This document shows positions 54,556 through 63,902 of a DNA stretch of 64,000 bases, one piece after another. The notes beneath the pieces were generated by a model. The model worked only from the letters and a program-made list of their open reading frames with translations, ran no database searches and was not told the origin of the DNA. How positions within the stretch are numbered: position 1 is the stretch's first letter; each line of letters starts with the position of its first letter. The stretch comes from an uncultured Clostridia bacterium (GTDB taxonomy: Bacteria > Bacillota > Clostridia > Christensenellales > UBA3700), in contig CAMWIL010000001.1 of assembly GCA_947174325.1 (NCBI GenBank), positions 14,989 through 78,988 of the forward strand, read 5' to 3'. A program made the position numbers and the translations under genes.

Positions 54556-55779
54556 TCAATTAATATCCAATTTATTTTCGAGCATTTGAGAATAGTCGCT
54601 TTTTCTTAGCCGTCTTACCATTAAAGCCGCAACTATATACAAAACGGCAAAAATGATCGCGACAGCCATTCCGCCTTTGAGTCCGTACTCGGAAACGTCG
54701 GATACGTAACCTACGATACTTGGTCCTAAAGTGCAACCGACGTCGCCGCCCAAAGCCAACAGCGCAAACATAGCAGTGCCGCCTTTGGATATATTTCGCG
54801 AGGCGAGATCCAAAGCCGCCGGCCACATTATGCTCGTCGCAAGTCCGCACAGCGCGCAAACGATAAGATTGAAAAGCGGCTGCTTGGCTACCACTATCGC
54901 AACGTAGCAGGCAAGACAGGCAAAACCCATGATCGGAAGTATTTTTGCCAACTTGATTTTTTTACCAAAAAGTCCATAAAATAATCTGCCCAGTCCCATA
55001 AGTAGGGCAAAGGAAAACGGTCCTACGAGATCGCCCACAGTCTTTGAGAGATTGAGTCCCTTTTCGGCAAAATACGAGATCCATTGACTCATAGCCTGTT
55101 CGCACGCTCCTGCGCAAAGTATGAGGATAAAGAACAGATAAAAGCGTTTGTTTTTGAGTAGATCCCTAACGGGCATACTCTCTCCGCGCTGTTCGTCGAG
55201 ATTTGAGCAGGGGACGAAAAAGAAGAATATTCCGTTTGCGATAGGTATTAGCGAAAGCGCCAAAACTAGGTATTGCCAACTGTTTTTGTCAAAAATAAGG
55301 AAATATCCTACCGTGATCAACACAATAGCAAGATATCCGAAGCAGTAACAGGAGTGAAGCAAAGACATATTGCCGATATTTTCGTCAGGGATAGCTTCTA
55401 CTACCGGAGAAATGATGACTTCCGCTATTCCTCCGCCGATCGATCCTATTATAGTCCCTATCATAAGACCTACGTATGAATTTGACATTGCAAAGGGCAA
55501 CGTCGCCATAAGTATCAATCCTGTAGCGGCAAATACGTGAGATAAAATAACGGCAGTTCTGTAACCTATTTTGTCCATAATTTTCGCGCTGCCTGCGTCC
55601 ATGATAAGTTGGACTAAAAAAGTGACGGTGATCAGCGCCGTCAGTTTTGTCAACGATATGTCGAAACTCTCTTGAAAACTCACGAAGAGCAGTGGCGCAA
55701 GGTTGACCGTAAGAGCCTGTATGCCTGCCGCCACGCAACACGAGTTGAAGGTATGTCTATAACTTTTCAGTCTTTTCAT
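54556..55779 (-). CDS. MFS transporter
   Basis: 407 aa with a 12-TM-type hydrophobicity pattern and an MDKIGYR loop motif. Confidence 0.75.
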   Translation of the reverse strand: MKRLKSYRHTFNSCCVAAGIQALTVNLAPLLFVSFQESFDISLTKLTALITVTFLVQLIMDAGSAKIMDKIGYRTAVILSHVFAATGLILMATLPFAMSNSYVGLMIGTIIGSIGGGIAEVIISPVVEAIPDENIGNMSLLHSCYCFGYLAIVLITVGYFLIFDKNSWQYLVLALSLIPIANGIFFFFVPCSNLDEQRGESMPVRDLLKNKRFYLFFILILCAGACEQAMSQWISYFAEKGLNLSKTVGDLVGPFSFALLMGLGRLFYGLFGKKIKLAKILPIMGFACLACYVAIVVAKQPLFNLIVCALCGLATSIMWPAALDLASRNISKGGTAMFALLALGGDVGCTLGPSIVGYVSDVSEYGLKGGMAVAIIFAVLYIVAALMVRRLRKSDYSQMLENKLDIN

Positions 55780-55848
55780 TTTCTATGTATTTGTCCGTTG
55801 TCTGTTGGTTTTCGATATATTATATGACGAGAATCAATGCAAGTTTAA

Positions 55849-56580
55849 TCAAATTATCAATCCGCCGTTTACCGATATAACTTGACCGGTGACGTAAGAA
55901 GCCTTTTCGCTTGCCAACCATAAAATCGCGTCGGCAACGTCTTGAGGACTTCCCGCTCTAAACAGTGGGATCTCATCAATAACGGTTAATTTATCCGATT
56001 GAGATAGATTGGAATTCATACTTGTGTCGATAAATCCGGGAGCTACGCAATTCGCGCGTACTCCGCTTAATGAAAACTCTTTGGCTATAGCTTTCGTAAA
56101 AGCTATTATTCCGCCTTTTGCCGCTGAATATACGCTTTCGCAACTTCCACCGACTTGTCCCCACATAGAAGAAAGAGTGACAATATTTCCGCTCTTTTGC
56201 GACAGCATAATCTTGCCGACTTCGCGGCAGAGAGTAATTACGCCTATGAGATTGACGTCGATCACTTTGCGTATTTCTTCGTCGGAGCAGTCTATTAAAA
56301 GACTGTTGAGACCTATACCTGCGTTGGCTACGACAAGATCTATCGAGCCGAAGTTGTTTTTGACGTATTGCGTCATGGCGACGATCTGCGAGGGATCGGA
56401 CATGTCCGCTTTATATGCGATCGCGCTTCCGCCCGCTGAATTTATATCTTCGCAGACTTTGTCGGCGCTTTCTTGAGAATTGAGATAATTTACTATGACT
56501 CTATATCCTTCTTTTGCAAGAGAAATAGCTGTAGTTTTGCCTATTCCGCGCGACGCTCCTGAAATTATTGCCGTTTTCAT
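55849..56580 (-). CDS. SDR-family oxidoreductase (FabG-like)
   Basis: MKTAIISGASRGIGK Rossmann motif, NAG, and S...YSAAK catalytic motif. The first ATG of the ORF is 56580; the upstream extension would need a TTG start. Confidence 0.8.
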   Translation of the reverse strand: MKTAIISGASRGIGKTTAISLAKEGYRVIVNYLNSQESADKVCEDINSAGGSAIAYKADMSDPSQIVAMTQYVKNNFGSIDLVVANAGIGLNSLLIDCSDEEIRKVIDVNLIGVITLCREVGKIMLSQKSGNIVTLSSMWGQVGGSCESVYSAAKGGIIAFTKAIAKEFSLSGVRANCVAPGFIDTSMNSNLSQSDKLTVIDEIPLFRAGSPQDVADAILWLASEKASYVTGQVISVNGGLII

Positions 56581-56586
56581 ACAACT

Positions 56587-56631
56587 ATTATAAACTAATC
56601 GATTGGAAAAAATCAACTCTTGTTGTATAAT
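56587..56631. promoter_or_regulatory. Back-to-back divergent promoters, each ending 6 nt before its start codon
   Basis: Plus strand: TTGGAA (56603-08), 17-nt spacer, TATAAT (56626-31), 6 nt, ATG 56638. Minus strand: TTGATT (56616-11), 18-nt spacer, TATAAT (56592-87), 6 nt, ATG 56580. Confidence 0.45.
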
Positions 56632-56637
56632 TAAGAT

Positions 56638-58284
56638 ATGGATAATAAATTTGAAACGTTCGGCGTTGCCGCCGAATTTATAAGAAGTCTAGACGAGCAA
56701 AACATTACTCAACCCACCGACGTGCAGGAACAGGTCATTCCGCTTGCGTTAGAGGGGAGAGATCTTGTTGCGCAAGCGCCGACAGGCACTGGCAAAACGC
56801 TTGCCTTTGCGCTTCCGATGCTTGAAAAAATCGACAGAGACGATAATTCGGTACAAGCCGTGGTAGTCTGTCCTACCAGAGAACTTGTGATACAGATATG
56901 CGAGGTCATACAATCGTTGCTCAAATACAGCGAAAGAATTCGCATCGCCGGACTTTACGGCGGACAAAATATACAAAGACAGTTGTTTTGTCTTAGGAAA
57001 AAACCGCAGATAGTCGTAGGAACTCCGGGACGAATGTTGGATCATATTGAAAGACGAACGCTCAAACTTGCAAACGTAAGTTATTTCGTGCTTGACGAAG
57101 GCGACGAGATGTTGGATATGGGCTTTCGCGGCGATATAGAAAAAATCAGCGGCTACGCGGGAAAATGCCAAAGACTGTGTTTTTCTGCGACGATACCGCA
57201 AAATATCCGTCAGCTAATCGGTCAGCTTTTCAATGATCCTACTTTTGTCAAGACAAGTATCGACGGCGAGGACATTCCGAAGATCGATCAGTATTATTGT
57301 TTGATAAAAGACGCTCAACGCGTGGGCGCGATGCTTAAAATTATTGACGAGGGGAAGTATGATTGCGTGATCGCGTTCTGCAATACCAAAATCAGAGCTG
57401 ACAAGCTCGATCAGGCGCTTAAAACAAAGGGAAGATCGTCCGAGGTGATACACGGAGATTTGCGACAGAGCGAACGAACGCAAATAATAAAGAGATTTAA
57501 GTCAAGACAACTCAATATTTTGGTCGCTACCGACGTTGCGGCAAGAGGTTTGGACGTGGACGGCGTCGACGCTATCATCAACTTTGATCCGCCTACGGAC
57601 AGCGATTTTTACGTTCACAGAATAGGAAGAACGGCGCGAGCAAAAAAAGACGGCGTAGCGTATACGCTTATAGACAGTTCTCAGGTGGGGTACGTTCCTA
57701 GTTTTCAGCGCGTGAGCGACAACGCTCTCAAATTCATAGATTTGGGTAACGTTTCCGATACGTTTACTCTGCCGAAAGATTCGTCCAACAAAATCAAAGA
57801 CTTCCACGAAAATCAAAGCAGGTTTTTCCTAAACGTAGGCAAAAAAGATATGTTGGACAAAGAAAGTTTGACAAAACTATTGCTAGCGTATACGCCATTG
57901 AAAATATTTGAAATTGCCGATATAAAGATACGAGATACTTACAGTTTCGTCTCAGTCGTTAAGGGGCAGGAAAATAAATTATTCAAACTTAAAGGTATTA
58001 TTCTAGGAAAACGCGCCGTGACCATACAGGAAGCAAAAGAAGATGAAAAACCTATCGCAAAAGACGGCAACGGATTTAAATCTAAAAAAACGACCGTGAA
58101 AAAGAGCGGGCAGGCTTTTGCAAAAGACGGGAAGAAAGGATATTCCAACAATAAAGATAAAGGCGGTCATAATTCAAGGTCTAATTCTCTATCAAAATCC
58201 AAGCAGTCAAAGAAGACGGCGCAAAAAGGCAAAGGCAACAAGCCCGTATCCAGAAAGAGCAAGTTTTATTCAATGGACGAGTAA
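56638..58284 (+). CDS. DEAD-box ATP-dependent RNA helicase with a DbpA-type RNA-binding domain and a basic tail
   Basis: Q-motif, APTGTGKT, DEGD (DEAD-box variant), SAT, HRIGRTAR, a DbpA-like C-terminal domain and a Lys/Ser-rich C-terminus. Confidence 0.9.
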   Translation: MDNKFETFGVAAEFIRSLDEQNITQPTDVQEQVIPLALEGRDLVAQAPTGTGKTLAFALPMLEKIDRDDNSVQAVVVCPTRELVIQICEVIQSLLKYSERIRIAGLYGGQNIQRQLFCLRKKPQIVVGTPGRMLDHIERRTLKLANVSYFVLDEGDEMLDMGFRGDIEKISGYAGKCQRLCFSATIPQNIRQLIGQLFNDPTFVKTSIDGEDIPKIDQYYCLIKDAQRVGAMLKIIDEGKYDCVIAFCNTKIRADKLDQALKTKGRSSEVIHGDLRQSERTQIIKRFKSRQLNILVATDVAARGLDVDGVDAIINFDPPTDSDFYVHRIGRTARAKKDGVAYTLIDSSQVGYVPSFQRVSDNALKFIDLGNVSDTFTLPKDSSNKIKDFHENQSRFFLNVGKKDMLDKESLTKLLLAYTPLKIFEIADIKIRDTYSFVSVVKGQENKLFKLKGIILGKRAVTIQEAKEDEKPIAKDGNGFKSKKTTVKKSGQAFAKDGKKGYSNNKDKGGHNSRSNSLSKSKQSKKTAQKGKGNKPVSRKSKFYSMDE

Positions 58285-58313
58285 AAGTGATTTAAAGTAT
58301 AAAAAAGCGCAGA

Positions 58314-58346
58314 TAAAAAAAGAGCAAGATCGCTTGCTCTTTTTTG
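58314..58346. terminator. Bidirectional intrinsic terminator (helicase / potD convergent pair)
   Basis: agagcaag / cttgctct stem with a 4-nt loop, flanked by A7 and T5. Confidence 0.8.
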
Positions 58347-58347
58347 T

Positions 58348-59706
58348 TTACGCTTTGACGTTTCGCCACATTCGGTTCATTGCGGAATTGCGGTCGCCGA
58401 AGTCGCGCATGACCGCGCATCTTTTTATTACTTCGGGAGAGAAGAATTGCGCTTCGAATGCATTGACGTTTTCTTCGTCGACGTATACGATTACTTTGCC
58501 GTCTTCGTCTGCAAAATCGCAGTTTTCTCCAAAGTAATAGGTAAGGTCGTAACGGTATTCGGTTTCATCTTCTTCGCTTGCCCAGTTTTCAAGAATATAC
58601 TCGTATACTTCTTCAGTAGCAGTGCCGGCGGTGTAACCGATGTAATCCATGTTTTCGATAGCAATGTCGGGACGGCACATAAAGTTTATCCAAAGGTTGG
58701 CGGCGAGAGTATTTCCCGAATATTTGGGGATACACCATGCGTCGCTGAAAATATTGGAGCCTTCATAGGGTACGAAGTAGGACATATCGCGTTCTTTGCC
58801 CAACTCTTCTTGCAAAGACGACATAGCGTATACCGCGTCTCCCGCCCATTGTAGGGTCATATCGATATCGCCCTGTATGATAACTTCTTTGCCTTCGTCG
58901 TTTTCGTATCCGCTGATTATCGGTTTTTGATCTATGAGGTATGACTGTACTTTCTTGACCGTTTCTTCATCGGTTGCGTTGAGCGCGACGTCGGGCGTGA
59001 GCTCAGGTTGATAGTACTTTGATTTGTCATTGAGAAGAGTATATATCGCGGCGATCGCGTATGAATCGCGCAAAGAGTTCTTCATCATAATTCTTTGATC
59101 GAACGCTTTATCCCAAAGCACAGCCCAACCGTTGCTTTCGACGTATTCCTGCATAGACGAATATACGCCGTATTCGCTGTTTTGGTACGCTGTGGAATCA
59201 TTCGCGTAGAGTATGCCCAAAGTGCCTGTCATATACGTGCGGCTATATAGATTGTATTCGCCGCTTTCCTCGTCGTAATCGAATTGGAAGTAGGAGTCTT
59301 CGCCTGATCTGAATAGCGGGGAAGTTCCGTCGCGGTAATCTTCGATCTCGCCGTACCCCAATTCGCTCAAATCGGGCGCGAGCTTTACGAGAAGTTTTTC
59401 TTTGATCATCTTTTCTACCATATAATCAGACGGACATATGACGTCATAGTCGGCTTGCGTAGTCTTGATCTGCGCGTACATAAGTTCGTTTTCGTCAAAC
59501 ATATCGTACTTTACTTTAATGTTTTTTCCGGTTATTTCATGATAGTATTCTTCAAACTTGTCTATCACGTCTTCGCCTATGTACTCCGACCAATTATATA
59601 CTTTAAGTACTTCGTCGCGAGGTCTGCAACCTGTCAAAAAAATCGGCAAGGCAAGCGTAACGAGCATTACAGTCAATAAAGCAAAAACAATTAGTTTCTT
59701 TTTCAT
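58348..59706 (-). CDS. potD: Spermidine/putrescine ABC transporter substrate-binding lipoprotein (enlarged, 452 aa)
   Basis: Lipobox LTGC. LKVYNWSEYIGEDVIDKFE is a PotD-type N-terminus. It is the last gene of the potABCD order. Confidence 0.8.
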   Translation of the reverse strand: MKKKLIVFALLTVMLVTLALPIFLTGCRPRDEVLKVYNWSEYIGEDVIDKFEEYYHEITGKNIKVKYDMFDENELMYAQIKTTQADYDVICPSDYMVEKMIKEKLLVKLAPDLSELGYGEIEDYRDGTSPLFRSGEDSYFQFDYDEESGEYNLYSRTYMTGTLGILYANDSTAYQNSEYGVYSSMQEYVESNGWAVLWDKAFDQRIMMKNSLRDSYAIAAIYTLLNDKSKYYQPELTPDVALNATDEETVKKVQSYLIDQKPIISGYENDEGKEVIIQGDIDMTLQWAGDAVYAMSSLQEELGKERDMSYFVPYEGSNIFSDAWCIPKYSGNTLAANLWINFMCRPDIAIENMDYIGYTAGTATEEVYEYILENWASEEDETEYRYDLTYYFGENCDFADEDGKVIVYVDEENVNAFEAQFFSPEVIKRCAVMRDFGDRNSAMNRMWRNVKA

Positions 59707-59720
59707 TTTCTTCTCCTTGT

Positions 59721-60548
59721 CTATTTTTCTTTTTCAGTCTTTTTGCGAGGACTGTAAAGTATCATCATCAGAGCGAACACGATAAAGAATATTATCGTAA
59801 ACAGCGCTCTTATATCGGCGGGCAAAGGCTGTTTGCCGCTTTTGAGACCGTAGAGCATAGTCGATAGCGTCTCAAACGACGTAACGTTGACTTTTGTGAT
59901 AACGAAATCGTCTATCGACAGCGTAAAAGAAAGCAACGCGCCGACTACAATTCCCGGTAAAATGTCAGGTATAACTACTTTGAACATAGCTTTTGCGGGG
60001 GTGCAACCGAGATCCAACGCCGCTTCGTATATCTTATTATCGGATTTTTGCAAACGCGGGAGTACGTTGAGAAGCACGTACGGCGCGCAGAAAGAGGTCT
60101 GCGCCAGAATCAGTTTGAACGCCGTCATTCCCCAACTGCCGTCGTTTATCTTGAACATAGACGCAAAAAGATTGAATACCAACGCAAGCGCGATCGCCGT
60201 GACTATTTCGCTGTTTATCATAGGTATTTGGTTGACGGTGGAGTAGGTCGTTTTTATCTTTTTGTTGTGTATCGCATGCAGACCTATCGCGCCTAGCGTG
60301 CCGAGTATCGTCGAGAGCAGACTTACGAAAACGCCCACGAACAAAGTGTTGAGAATAGCGCTCTGTATCAAATCTGCGTTCTTGCTGTTGCCTGTAAACA
60401 AGTTGACGTAGTTGTCAAACGTAAAGCCGTTCCAATCGCTGAACGAAGGAGTGTCGGTGAAAGAGAATACGACCATCCAAATTATGGGCAGATAGAGCAT
60501 TATCAGTATGATAGCGATAAAAGTCTTGACAAGTATTTTCCTTACCAT
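59721..60548 (-). CDS. potC: Spermidine/putrescine ABC transporter permease
   Basis: Start at ATG 60548 (MVRKILVK), in an ATGGTAA overlap with the potB stop. EAA-loop motif AALDLGCTPAKAMFKV. Confidence 0.85.
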   Translation of the reverse strand: MVRKILVKTFIAIILIMLYLPIIWMVVFSFTDTPSFSDWNGFTFDNYVNLFTGNSKNADLIQSAILNTLFVGVFVSLLSTILGTLGAIGLHAIHNKKIKTTYSTVNQIPMINSEIVTAIALALVFNLFASMFKINDGSWGMTAFKLILAQTSFCAPYVLLNVLPRLQKSDNKIYEAALDLGCTPAKAMFKVVIPDILPGIVVGALLSFTLSIDDFVITKVNVTSFETLSTMLYGLKSGKQPLPADIRALFTIIFFIVFALMMILYSPRKKTEKEK

Positions 60549-61318
60549 AATCTGCCTCCTTTTCCGCCGTCTTTGTCGTATTTGTTGGATATTACCATTG
60601 AGGCGATCATAAACAAAAGCAGGACGAAAGATATTGCCGCCGCCATATTCAAACTGTCGGCTTTTAAGTTGTATATAAAATCGCCGAGCAGCATCATTTT
60701 GCCGTTGCTCATTATCTCTGTGACAGCGAAAGTAGTAACGGAAGGTATCATCACCATAGTCAGTCCGCTTATCACGCCCGGCATTGAGAGCGGAACGGTG
60801 ACTTTCCAAAACGCTTTGGTAGGCGTAGCGCCGAGATCGCCCGCGCCTTCAATATAACTCTTATCGATCTTTAAAAGAGTGTTGTACAAAGGCATTATCA
60901 TAAAAGGGAGGAATTCGTATGTGAGTCCGAATATAACGGTGCCCATACCGAGTTTTACGCCCAATACGCTGAAAACCGCTTTCGTAGCCATCATTCTCAA
61001 AAGAAAGTTGACCCACATCGGCGCGATAAAAAGTCCTATCATTACGCCTTTTTTATTGAATTCTTTTTTTGTAAGATAATACGCTATGGGGTAGCCTATC
61101 AAGAGACAAATTGCGCTCGTAGAAAATCCTGCAATAAATGAATTTTTTACTACTTTGCCAAGAGCGTCTTCTTTGGCTAGTTCTTTGAAATTGGCGAGCA
61201 GATCGAAAGTTCCGTCGCTAGCGTCTATAAACGCGAATACGAGTATAAGCACCAACGGAAGCAGTACGAAAAGCAACATAAACAGCGCGTAGGGAAGAGA
61301 GAGAAGTTTCTTAAACAT
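60542..61318 (-). CDS. potB: Spermidine/putrescine ABC transporter permease
   Basis: 6 TM helices. EAA-loop motif EGAGDLGATPTKAFWKV. Overlaps potA by 8 nt. Confidence 0.85.
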   Translation of the reverse strand: MFKKLLSLPYALFMLLFVLLPLVLILVFAFIDASDGTFDLLANFKELAKEDALGKVVKNSFIAGFSTSAICLLIGYPIAYYLTKKEFNKKGVMIGLFIAPMWVNFLLRMMATKAVFSVLGVKLGMGTVIFGLTYEFLPFMIMPLYNTLLKIDKSYIEGAGDLGATPTKAFWKVTVPLSMPGVISGLTMVMIPSVTTFAVTEIMSNGKMMLLGDFIYNLKADSLNMAAAISFVLLLFMIASMVISNKYDKDGGKGGRLW

Positions 61319-62996
61319 TTTCGCCCTCCTCGAAGAGTTCGTCGCATTCTACTAGCCCAAAACTCTTGCCGTCTATCTTTATGCCGACTCTGTCGCCTTT
61401 ATCCCATAGATATTCGGTGTCCGCATAGATATGATTATTGTCGTCCGTCTTGATGTCGACGATATAATTTTTGCCCTTGTATATCATACTTTCGACGTTG
61501 CCCGCCAAAGGAGCTGCGTATTCGTCGTCGGTCATGTCTATATCGGTAAAGCCGAAATTGATTTTTGCATTTTTGCCTTTGAGCGAACATTCTTTTCCGT
61601 CGATAGTCAAAATATCCTGTTCGCTGTCGTAAGAGCAGTTTTCAAACAACGCAGTCGGATCGAATTCGTATTCTCCGCCGTACATATTGAAAGTCGTATT
61701 TGAAGAGAACGTAACGTTGATAGTATTGTCGACGTGCTCTTTATACATAATTTGAATATTTTCTGGGGCGACGTACAATCCCACTTCTTTGCCGACGGGC
61801 GATTCGATCGTGCTGTGGATCGTGAATTCGTAGCCGTTGCATTCGCATACCATTTCGTAGTGTACGCCTCTGAACATACTGGATTTTATTACGCCTAACA
61901 ACTGACCTTTGCCCGCTTCGCGCACTTCTATATCCTCAGGACGTATAACGGTATCGACGGGCGTATTCTGTCCAAAACCTGCGTCTACGCAGTCGAACAT
62001 TGCGCCTACGATATTGACTTTGTAGTCGTCTATCATTACGCCGTCAAGTATGTTTGATTCGCCGATAAAGTCTGCGACGTATGCTGTCTTGGGTTCGTTG
62101 TAAATATCGATAGGAGTGCCTTCTTGGCAGATTGAGCCGTCTTTCATTACTATTACGGTATCGCTCATAGTTAACGCTTCTTCCTGGTCGTGCGTGACGT
62201 ATATGAACGTTATTCCCAAAGTGCGGTGCATTTCTTTGAGTTCGATCTGCATTTCCTGTCTCATTTTGAGGTCGAGCGCGCCCAAAGGTTCGTCGAGAAG
62301 CAACACCTTAGGCTCGTTGACGATAGCTCTTGCTATTGCGACACGCTGTTGCTGACCGCCTGACAAAGAGTCTACGTCTCTCGTTTCGTAGTCGCTAAGT
62401 CCTACGATTTTAAGCGCGCGTCTAACCTTTTCGTCGATATAATATTTATATCCGTTGACCTCTTTTTTCTGTCTTCCTTTTTTGGTCATTTTGTTGATAG
62501 TTTTCTTGATCTTGCAAAGTTTTACGTAGCCTTTTTCAATATAAGAAAAATAATCTTTATGCGCAATGGAAAAATCGGGCGAGCCTGTTTGCGGGTTCAC
62601 CAAAAAGTTTTTAAGTTTGATTTGTTTTACGCCGTTTTCTCCGTTTTTCTTGACGTAGTCGACTTCTATCTTTTTGAGTTTGAGTCCAAACGCGATATTG
62701 TTGAAGACGTTGAGATGGGGAAATAGCGCGTACTTTTGAAATACGGTGTTTACCGGTCTTTTGTGAGGCGGTAGTTTTGCAATGTCGTTGCCGTCGAAAA
62801 GCACCTTTCCCTCAGTGGGCATTTCAAAGCCGGCGATCATTCTCAACGTTGTAGTTTTTCCGCAGCCGCTAGGTCCGAGAAAAGTAACGAAATCGCCTTT
62901 TCTGATATTGAGGTTGATGTTGTTGACGACGGTCTTTTCGCCGTACTTTTTGCAAAGTCCTTGCAGTTGAATGATATAATCGTTGTTCTTTTCCAT
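61311..62996 (-). CDS. potA: Spermidine/putrescine ABC transporter ATPase with a large internal insertion and an extended C-terminus (561 aa)
   Basis: GPSGCGKTT, Q-loop VFQKYALFPH, LSGGQQQRVAIARA, LLLDEPLGALD and a TOBE-like C-terminal region. SD GGGAGA. Confidence 0.85.
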   Translation of the reverse strand: MEKNNDYIIQLQGLCKKYGEKTVVNNINLNIRKGDFVTFLGPSGCGKTTTLRMIAGFEMPTEGKVLFDGNDIAKLPPHKRPVNTVFQKYALFPHLNVFNNIAFGLKLKKIEVDYVKKNGENGVKQIKLKNFLVNPQTGSPDFSIAHKDYFSYIEKGYVKLCKIKKTINKMTKKGRQKKEVNGYKYYIDEKVRRALKIVGLSDYETRDVDSLSGGQQQRVAIARAIVNEPKVLLLDEPLGALDLKMRQEMQIELKEMHRTLGITFIYVTHDQEEALTMSDTVIVMKDGSICQEGTPIDIYNEPKTAYVADFIGESNILDGVMIDDYKVNIVGAMFDCVDAGFGQNTPVDTVIRPEDIEVREAGKGQLLGVIKSSMFRGVHYEMVCECNGYEFTIHSTIESPVGKEVGLYVAPENIQIMYKEHVDNTINVTFSSNTTFNMYGGEYEFDPTALFENCSYDSEQDILTIDGKECSLKGKNAKINFGFTDIDMTDDEYAAPLAGNVESMIYKGKNYIVDIKTDDNNHIYADTEYLWDKGDRVGIKIDGKSFGLVECDELFEEGENV

Positions 62997-63014
62997 TGTA
63001 TTTCTCCCTTGATA

Positions 63015-63548
63015 TCAGAATGTCGGCGGGCTGGATACCCATAGAATTTTAGTCTGGGTATCGCCGTTGTTTTCTATAAAGTGTTTTTTCTTGCTTGTAA
63101 AGTAGAAAGAATTACCTTTTTTTATCTCGTATGATTTTTTGCCCAAATGTAATATTGCGTTTCCTTCCAAAACGTACCCGAATTCTTCTCCTTCGTGGGG
63201 CATATCTTCCGTCGTGCTGACTCCCGGCTGAAGTGTGAGCAGAATAGGTTCCATTTCGTTCTTAAGACTGTTGGGCACTAGCCAAGTAATGAGTTCTCCA
63301 TCGTCTTCTTTTTCAAAAAAGTCTTTTTCTTCAAATACTATTTTCTGTTCGACTTCTTCGTTGAAGAAAGATTTTAGATCGCTTCCCAGCACTTCCAATA
63401 TATCTATAAGCGTGGTGATGGAGGGGGAAGTGAGGTTGTTTTCCAGTTGGGAAATGTATCCTTTTGTCAATTCGCATCTGTCGGCAAGTTCTTCTTGCGT
63501 AAGTCCGCATTGCAGTCTAAGACGCTTTATTTTTATGCCCAAGTCCAT
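63015..63548 (-). CDS. XRE-family HTH plus cupin-domain transcriptional regulator (PuuR-like), first gene of the pot operon
   Basis: HTH_3 (IKRLRLQCGLTQEELADRCELTKGYISQLE) and cupin_2 (GEEFGYVLEGNAILHLG). It ends 18 nt upstream of potA. Confidence 0.8.
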   Translation of the reverse strand: MDLGIKIKRLRLQCGLTQEELADRCELTKGYISQLENNLTSPSITTLIDILEVLGSDLKSFFNEEVEQKIVFEEKDFFEKEDDGELITWLVPNSLKNEMEPILLTLQPGVSTTEDMPHEGEEFGYVLEGNAILHLGKKSYEIKKGNSFYFTSKKKHFIENNGDTQTKILWVSSPPTF

Positions 63549-63801
63549 AACGTATTCTCCCTGTTTTCGGTCAATGTTGCTAGGTTTAGTAATTGTAAAC
63601 TTAAATCTTATAAGGTTTTGTGATAATAAACAATAAGTTTAGAATTATTAAACAAAACGATTATAATTCTATTCCTATACAATGTCAATGATTTTTGTAT
63701 AGAAATATCGAAAATTTTGCTATAAATTTATTATCGCGCATTAAAACCTTGCGCAAGCAGCTTTTTGAAGCCTTAAACGAGGGCTATTTGGACGAAATTT
63801 C

Positions 63802-63830
63802 TTGACGGATAAGATATGATTTGTTAAAAT
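63802..63830 (+). promoter_or_regulatory. sigma-A-like promoter for the partial gene at the window end
   Basis: TTGACG (63802-63807), 17-nt spacer, TAAAAT (63825-63830). Confidence 0.4.
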
Positions 63831-63902
63831 AATATTATATTAAAAATATATACTAAGAAATGACTGGCTCAACAGTATAAGTTAGGATTCAAAGGAAGAC
63901 TT

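Noticed and set aside
59721-60809. The long version of the potC ORF (362 aa) extending 87 codons into potB
   Set aside because: The upstream part is out-of-frame overlap with potB and encodes an Arg-rich nonsense-like sequence. The internal ATG at 60548 gives a normal PotC N-terminus and the classic ATGGTAA stop/start overlap.
63675-63702. A TATACAA...TTGTATAG inverted repeat upstream of the pot regulator, with a similar one at 53950-53973, as a possible shared operator
   Set aside because: The arms are only 7-8 bp of AT-rich sequence and the spacers differ (12 versus 9 nt). It is easily a chance occurrence. It is kept only as a note for anyone footprinting the XRE-cupin regulator.
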